Sequence record: NC_010821.1
Reading direction: 5' to 3' (one strand)
DNA length: 64,000 nt
The position numbers were made by a program, and so were the translations under genes. Shown here in pieces: positions 59,030 through 64,000 of this stretch (positions are counted from its first letter, which is position 1; each line of letters begins with the position of its first letter). Under the pieces are notes generated by a model. That model saw nothing but the letters and a program-made list of their open reading frames with translations. It did no database searches and was not told where the DNA came from.

Positions 59030-59437
59030 ATGTCCCGTATTAAAGAAATCCAGCCCACGCCAGTAAAGCACATTACATTAATCTGTCGTACTGAGCGGGT
59101 AGCTAATGCAGTGCGTAAGCCATGGTACGCCATCACCGATAAAGGTGAGTTTCCTATTAAAGCAGGTGGTGAACCGGATAACCTAGATGTCCTAGTACGT
59201 CCATTTTATCGGTTTACTAATGATCGCCCAGAAGGGCAGAATATCTGTGTGATCGGCGTCTATGCCGGCATACCTGGTTATCGTTGGGATATTGAGATCA
59301 GTGAGTCTATGGATATCCTGTCCATCTGTGATTCTGTGAGTGGTGACGAGATGGACGCTATTACGATTCCATTGGATCATCCAGCATTAGCCCTGTTTCG
59401 TATTGAGTGTCCATTGAATTACGTTTTCGACAAATAA
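59030..59437 (+). CDS. Hypothetical protein
   Basis: AAGGA SD; same frame as 58274-58807. Confidence 0.75.
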   Translation: MSRIKEIQPTPVKHITLICRTERVANAVRKPWYAITDKGEFPIKAGGEPDNLDVLVRPFYRFTNDRPEGQNICVIGVYAGIPGYRWDIEISESMDILSICDSVSGDEMDAITIPLDHPALALFRIECPLNYVFDK

Positions 59438-59495
59438 CCGAAATAGTACTAGGGTCTATTATTTATAGGTCTTAGTGCTATTAATGAGGGGCTTT

Positions 59496-59687
59496 ATGCG
59501 TAAACCTACAACGCACCGTACCCGTCGTGGCAAATTGGTTGAGATTCCAGAACAGTGGCGTGGCCAAGTTCCTTCTAACCAAACTATGCTTCAGCGGAAA
59601 GCAGCTCGCATTGAAGTGCGGTCACGTAAGAAACGTAAGTTGCGTACTGAAAGTAAATTCCATTGGGATTCACAGGTAGATGATTAG
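59496..59687 (+). CDS. Arg/Lys-rich small protein
   Basis: RTRRGKLVEIPEQWRG...RSRKKRKLR; GAGG SD before ATG 59496. Confidence 0.7.
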   Translation: MRKPTTHRTRRGKLVEIPEQWRGQVPSNQTMLQRKAARIEVRSRKKRKLRTESKFHWDSQVDD

Positions 59688-60033
59688 AATGTACGAAGAC
59701 TTCACAATCCGTAAAGCTGAGAAAGGTTGGCAACTGGAAACCTATTCCGGTAACTACCCTATTACTGTAAAGTTGGTTGGCAACGGCTGGTCTGTTCCGA
59801 ACATCTGGTCTGATGGACCAGCTCGTCTTTCTTATGATCTGGTATTCGAAGCCTATGCTGTTGAATACACCGTTAATGTTGATACGGAAGATCAAACCGT
59901 CAACTATGTTACAGTCGATGGAAAGGAAGTTAGTAGTATCAAAGTTGGCTCCAACTACCCAGTGACCCAATTGTTCCATGTCACTACACCTGATGGAGTA
60001 GTGCCAATTCGGGAACGAGTTAGTAGACTGTAA
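59680..60033 (+). CDS. Hypothetical protein (beta-rich)
   Basis: ORF track. Confidence 0.7.
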   Translation: MIRMYEDFTIRKAEKGWQLETYSGNYPITVKLVGNGWSVPNIWSDGPARLSYDLVFEAYAVEYTVNVDTEDQTVNYVTVDGKEVSSIKVGSNYPVTQLFHVTTPDGVVPIRERVSRL

Positions 60034-60049
60034 TTCAGATCTATATTAC
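60022..60049 (+). promoter_or_regulatory. Early promoter
   Basis: AGTAGAC at 60022 and TATATTAC at 60042. Confidence 0.7.
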
Positions 60050-60060
60050 TGAGGTGTAAC

Positions 60061-60216
60061 ATGGTTCGTACTGAAAAGACTATTGACGAGTTGTTAGCGT
60101 ATATCAGTTTGAATAGACCTGAACGCGGATATGACATCATGTCAGTTGACGGAAAGGTCATTCATGTAATCGGCACCACCGCAAGAATAGTGGTGTCAGA
60201 AAATAGAAAGGGGTAG
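60061..60216 (+). CDS. 51-aa hypothetical protein
   Basis: Manual translation MVRTEKTIDELLAYISL...SENRKG; GAGGTG SD. Confidence 0.7.
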   Translation: MVRTEKTIDELLAYISLNRPERGYDIMSVDGKVIHVIGTTARIVVSENRKG

Positions 60217-60219
60217 TCT

Positions 60220-60831
60220 ATGCAATATCAAGCCCATGGCGTGGACCTTATGGACATCGCCTGCGGCGGTTTTCTGGATTCTCAAACCACTAACTGGTTG
60301 AACCAACGAAGTGAAGCTCTGATGTCTTCTGTCAGTAGCACTACGCAAAACTGGTTTAACAAAGCGCGGACGTTCTATACCACGATCTCTGAATCGGATG
60401 CAATCCAAGCTCTACGTAATATCAGTGTTAAGACTGACGTGAGCTGGAAAAGTAATAGCATCTATTTCTGTAACAGTATCGAGCAGGTTCAAACAGCGAA
60501 CCCAATCATGCAACGTTACATCATGGCTGAACCGCGCCTGCGTGACATGTATCTGAATCAATCCGTTGAAGGCTATGCTGGTAGTTATGAGAACTATCAT
60601 GGTGATGCGCTGGGCGTAGGACACTATGATTATCGTCGAGTAACTGATGGCATTGTGATGGTTCATGATGATCACGCAATCGTGAATGAGTTCTATGAAC
60701 TGATTCCAGATACCGACAAAGAACTGGACATCTTCCAGAAGGCCGACATCATCCGTACTTGGAACATGGTTAACCGTGCTCTTGATGCAGGTGAGATGGA
60801 CCCAACTAGTCCAATTGGTAACTTGTTGTAA
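60220..60831 (+). CDS. Conserved Chimalliviridae core protein (phiKZ gp59-like, candidate Imp3)
   Basis: 203 aa; MQRYIMAEP.LR, GYAGSY and HYDYRRVTDG motifs; synteny downstream of chmA and RNAP; orthology is recalled, not computed. Confidence 0.55.
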   Translation: MQYQAHGVDLMDIACGGFLDSQTTNWLNQRSEALMSSVSSTTQNWFNKARTFYTTISESDAIQALRNISVKTDVSWKSNSIYFCNSIEQVQTANPIMQRYIMAEPRLRDMYLNQSVEGYAGSYENYHGDALGVGHYDYRRVTDGIVMVHDDHAIVNEFYELIPDTDKELDIFQKADIIRTWNMVNRALDAGEMDPTSPIGNLL

Positions 60832-60836
60832 ACCCC

Positions 60837-60864
60837 ATAAAGCCTCTCCACACGGAGAGGCTTT
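60837..60864 (+). terminator. Terminator
   Basis: AAAGCCTCTCC-acac-GGAGAGGCTTT. Confidence 0.85.
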
Positions 60865-60879
60865 TATACCGAGGTAGAC

Positions 60880-61254
60880 ATGAAAGTATATTTCTCAAAA
60901 CTTGATAACGGTGATTGGATTTGTTATGATGCATTGAACACCACCGGTGATCTCTTCGTAGACCCTACCAAGATCAAGCTACTCCAAGAGAAGCTTGGTC
61001 GAGTGTACGATACCGCTATTCAGAATTCTGTTAACCAACTGATCGAATTTACGATGAGTGTCGATATTCCACATTTCGGTCAGATACACGTTAACTGCGA
61101 GCTGTGGTTTCATAATAATCGAATTTGTAATTTGAAGTTCATAAATGAGCCTGGTGAAGAACCTATTGGTGAATTCCACAAACAGTTCGTTCTTGAGCTG
61201 GATGGATTACCGGCTTTCGATCTTTACCCATATCCAGAGGCTGAAGAAAAGTGA
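60880..61254 (+). CDS. Hypothetical protein (tandem pair, copy 1)
   Basis: FVDP...LGR...FG...ELWF.NNR...FH..F. Confidence 0.75.
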   Translation: MKVYFSKLDNGDWICYDALNTTGDLFVDPTKIKLLQEKLGRVYDTAIQNSVNQLIEFTMSVDIPHFGQIHVNCELWFHNNRICNLKFINEPGEEPIGEFHKQFVLELDGLPAFDLYPYPEAEEK

Positions 61255-61721
61255 CTGATACTAATCCACTCACAGAACTAAGAGCAAAGCATCCTGGCGC
61301 CGGTACCAAAAGTGATGGTTGGCTTATGAATGCGCTTAAATTAACAACTGATGCCGGTGGTCGAGACTACTTCAATCAGTGGGTTGATGAGAAACCCAAA
61401 TCCAACAGTAAGCTACCTAAGATCCCGTACTCGTTCTACTATGACGAGAAATACCACTGGATCATGAAAGACCAATCCGGTCAAGATCGTGTGGTAGATC
61501 CTAGTCTGTGGGCGAAGATGTTAGGTCGTGAAGAAATGATCGATGGGCTACACTTCCTTGGTACTACTGTTGTGGATCAGTTCTATGGCGAGATGCGCCT
61601 GTGTCTTGAACTACGTTGGAAAGGCAATCGTGTAACTGAAGTACGCCTGTGTGCACCAGATGGCGATGTGATTAAAAGCAATCTGAATCAGTTCCACACG
61701 TCGTTCGACGAAGCGTTGTAA
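61251..61721 (+). CDS. Hypothetical protein (tandem pair, copy 2)
   Basis: VVDP...LGR...YG...ELRW.GNR...FH..F. Confidence 0.75.
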   Translation: MTDTNPLTELRAKHPGAGTKSDGWLMNALKLTTDAGGRDYFNQWVDEKPKSNSKLPKIPYSFYYDEKYHWIMKDQSGQDRVVDPSLWAKMLGREEMIDGLHFLGTTVVDQFYGEMRLCLELRWKGNRVTEVRLCAPDGDVIKSNLNQFHTSFDEAL

Positions 61722-61739
61722 TCAGCATAATCTTGTGTA

Positions 61740-61759
61740 GTGGAACCTTCGGGTTCCAC
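61740..61759 (+). terminator. Terminator
   Basis: GTGGAACC-ttcg-GGTTCCAC then T-rich tract. Confidence 0.8.
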
Positions 61760-61792
61760 ATCACTTGCTTTTCTTTTTTGAGGATTTTCCAG

Positions 61793-62212
61793 ATGGCATC
61801 ATACGGAAAGTATAGAAGTGTTAATATACTGGCTCACTTCGCTGACGTTGTAGCGGAGCATGGACCATTTGATCCCAACGAGCGTGTCCAAGTGATACTT
61901 AGTCGGGATGGTCGATACACGATCGGTGGCGCTGATGCTTTCGACGAGAACGGATTCCCTAAGTACTACTTAGATCTTAGGAAATACTTGGTTAATACAA
62001 TCGACGGGGTACGCTATCTTAGTAATGGTGCACTATTGGTGGATTCCGATAATAAACGTTACGCTGTTTATATCTCGGATACGAAGCCAGATTATATCTT
62101 ACCTTACGCGATACATGTATCGTTTAAGGCTGCACCAGATAACTATTACTTCACCCAGTCTATGGATCTACCTTCGGACCATCCGTTCCTTCAGGCGTTT
62201 AAACGCGTCTAA
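61793..62212 (+). CDS. Hypothetical protein
   Basis: GAGGA SD before ATG 61793. Confidence 0.7.
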   Translation: MASYGKYRSVNILAHFADVVAEHGPFDPNERVQVILSRDGRYTIGGADAFDENGFPKYYLDLRKYLVNTIDGVRYLSNGALLVDSDNKRYAVYISDTKPDYILPYAIHVSFKAAPDNYYFTQSMDLPSDHPFLQAFKRV

Positions 62213-62216
62213 CTTA

Positions 62217-62235
62217 GCGGAGCCAGTGGCTCCGC
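62217..62235 (+). terminator. Terminator
   Basis: GCGGAGCC-agt-GGCTCCGC followed by TTT. Confidence 0.75.
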
Positions 62236-62263
62236 TTTCTACCCCTTTCTTTTTTGGTGACCT

Positions 62264-62668
62264 ATGGCAACTTCAATACCAACACTGGGCATCACAGGTT
62301 GGATTAACGACCTAGCGGCTTCAGCGGACTATATGCTAGCCTGCTATATTACCGCGAACGTTTACGACTCCGTATTACATTACGGACAAAATACTACAAT
62401 GCAATATACATTGAAGACATTTGCCAACAACATGCAGGCCATCGAAGAACGCATGCATGATGACCTATTGGCTAAATTCCAAGTAGTCTTTGGTGACTCA
62501 GCTGAAGTTACAGTTGAAGTTGACACTGAAGATGACAACAAACCAGACCAATACACCATTCGTTTTACGGGTACAGTGTATGATGGCTCTACCGCTTATG
62601 TGGTGGGTCGTTTAGTACAGTATGAAAACGGACGTGTGATTCGAATTGCTAAGATTAACAACGGGTAA
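62264..62668 (+). CDS. Conserved phiKZ-like protein (possible gp25/baseplate-wedge-like fold)
   Basis: IPTLGITGW N-terminus; helix followed by beta strands ending YTIRF; fold call is inference. Confidence 0.6.
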   Translation: MATSIPTLGITGWINDLAASADYMLACYITANVYDSVLHYGQNTTMQYTLKTFANNMQAIEERMHDDLLAKFQVVFGDSAEVTVEVDTEDDNKPDQYTIRFTGTVYDGSTAYVVGRLVQYENGRVIRIAKINNG

Positions 62669-62673
62669 TTAAA

Positions 62674-63180
62674 ATGATCGATACATCCCCTAATGGTCAA
62701 TTGGATCGTCTTGCACAAGACGTAGCTTATATTAAGATGGAACTCACCAAACTGAACAAACGTCTGGATGAGTCAGATACATTTACTCTGAAGATTCTTC
62801 ATACTCTCAAGCGTGGTGAAGAAACCTTTGATCTACGTATTGCTCGTTCACAATACAATCTGTTTGCAGGTCTTGCTCATTCGCTTGAACATTCCATTGA
62901 AGATTTCACCAGTCGTCTACAGGCACGTCAACGAGGTTTTGAAGTACACGTCGTTGATGGTAAAACTGTTCTGGAGAACTCGGATACTATTCAAGTGGCA
63001 CGTGTGACTGAAGATACCTATGATTACTCGCCTGCGGCCACACCTGACGAGATTAACAATGTAGGTACTGAACCATTCACTAAGTATTTTAATGAACACC
63101 CTGAAGTGTTTGGTGATCGCAAGGTTATTCTGGTCAACATTCTAACTGAACAACTACCTGAGGTTCCTGTAGATGTCTAA
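62674..63180 (+). CDS. Hypothetical protein with coiled-coil N-terminus
   Basis: ORF track. Confidence 0.75.
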   Translation: MIDTSPNGQLDRLAQDVAYIKMELTKLNKRLDESDTFTLKILHTLKRGEETFDLRIARSQYNLFAGLAHSLEHSIEDFTSRLQARQRGFEVHVVDGKTVLENSDTIQVARVTEDTYDYSPAATPDEINNVGTEPFTKYFNEHPEVFGDRKVILVNILTEQLPEVPVDV

Positions 63181-63778
63181 ACCTAATTACCTTAACGGTA
63201 TGTTGGTAGGATATCAAGAATTGGATCGGGCTATTAACGACATCCTTGCTAACGATGAACGGCAAACACCGGTCGTTGGCGAAGATGTTTTTATTAACCA
63301 CATCATTCCTATTCTCCAGCAACCATGGAAAGAAGAGAACCTTCGCAAGTACGGACGTTATGTAGTTGAACCTACACAAGCCCTCCGTGTAGCAGGTGTG
63401 CGGGATGGTAAGACCGTTGTACTATTTACCATTCCACCATTGATGGGTCGAGTTGATACCACATCGCCAGTCGTTAGCGGTATTACCGTTAACCAGTTGG
63501 TTGAGTATGCATCTATTATGCGTGCTCGACACACCGGTGAAAACGTCGATGGCAACGTTACAGAATACTTGCATCAAATCACTAATCAGATTCCACCAGA
63601 GCAGAAAGTTCTGGTTCCCATTGGCGCCATCTTGGGAGTTTATGGTAAGACCTTCCTAGACGACATGGGTCATCCACTATACTCACTTGAAGGCGTTCCT
63701 AATCAGGTTACGGGTGAACTACCCCGTGCCACTGATGAAACTCAGTTTGTAAGTGCCGGATATATTGATGAAGACTGA
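63173..63778 (+). CDS. Conserved hypothetical protein
   Basis: VLFTIPPL motif; acidic C-tail. Confidence 0.75.
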   Translation: MSKPNYLNGMLVGYQELDRAINDILANDERQTPVVGEDVFINHIIPILQQPWKEENLRKYGRYVVEPTQALRVAGVRDGKTVVLFTIPPLMGRVDTTSPVVSGITVNQLVEYASIMRARHTGENVDGNVTEYLHQITNQIPPEQKVLVPIGAILGVYGKTFLDDMGHPLYSLEGVPNQVTGELPRATDETQFVSAGYIDED

Positions 63779-64000
63779 CCAGACTAAAAAGCCTGGTGTG
63801 TTTAGCTATATCAGTCTTGGCGATGTTCACTTAGGGCATCGCCAGACACCTGCTACCCACATCATTCGCAACTTGAACCGCCTGATCCATGACGAGTTAT
63901 TGAAGACCCTCGATGCGATCTTTATTACCGGTGACCTTTTTGATCGACAGCTTAATAATGGTGACGACGATGTTCACGCTATTAACCGCTGGATCACTTT
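63768..64000 (+). CDS. sbcD: SbcD/Mre11-like metallophosphoesterase nuclease (runs off the window end)
   Basis: Manual translation contains SLGDVHLGH and ITGDLFDR. Confidence 0.85.
   Translation, partial: MKTDQTKKPGVFSYISLGDVHLGHRQTPATHIIRNLNRLIHDELLKTLDAIFITGDLFDRQLNNGDDDVHAINRWIT

Overview
This window is part of a phiKZ-like, nucleus-forming jumbo phage genome (Chimalliviridae), not a bacterial chromosome. The 315-aa tubulin PhuZ (31884-32831) and the 631-aa shell protein chimallin (53606-55501) match my recollection of Pseudomonas phage 201phi2-1 gp59 and gp105. The ORF order also fits that phage's numbering approximately (tail sheath about gp30, nvRNAP beta' about gp107), so this is probably the first 64 kb of 201phi2-1 or a very close relative; a BLASTn search would confirm this. 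Core genes seen: DHFR, large terminase, a virion operon, tail sheath and tube, a free-standing HNH-AP2 endonuclease, PhuZ, the polymerase half of a split family-B DNA polymerase, chimallin, a non-virion RNAP beta' subunit (NADFDGD), and the start of an SbcD/Mre11-like nuclease. Between them are plus-strand accessory operons of small ORFs, many in tandem paralogue arrays. The phage nucleus and spindle system is the headline biology, but it is already described. Less explained signals: (i) a second promoter element, A(T/A/G)TAGA, exactly 20 nt upstream of the TATATTAC box, plus a TATATCAT variant class; (ii) terminator hairpins followed by a conserved TAT(G/T)YYG tail instead of a plain U-tract; (iii) dense hairpin clusters on both sides of the chimallin gene and in an AT-rich spacer at about 29.0-29.2 kb; (iv) a 74-codon stop-free bridge joining two ORFs across one TGA; (v) micro-ORFs below the ORF-track cutoff. 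All calls come from reading the sequence by eye and from recalled family motifs; no searches were run.
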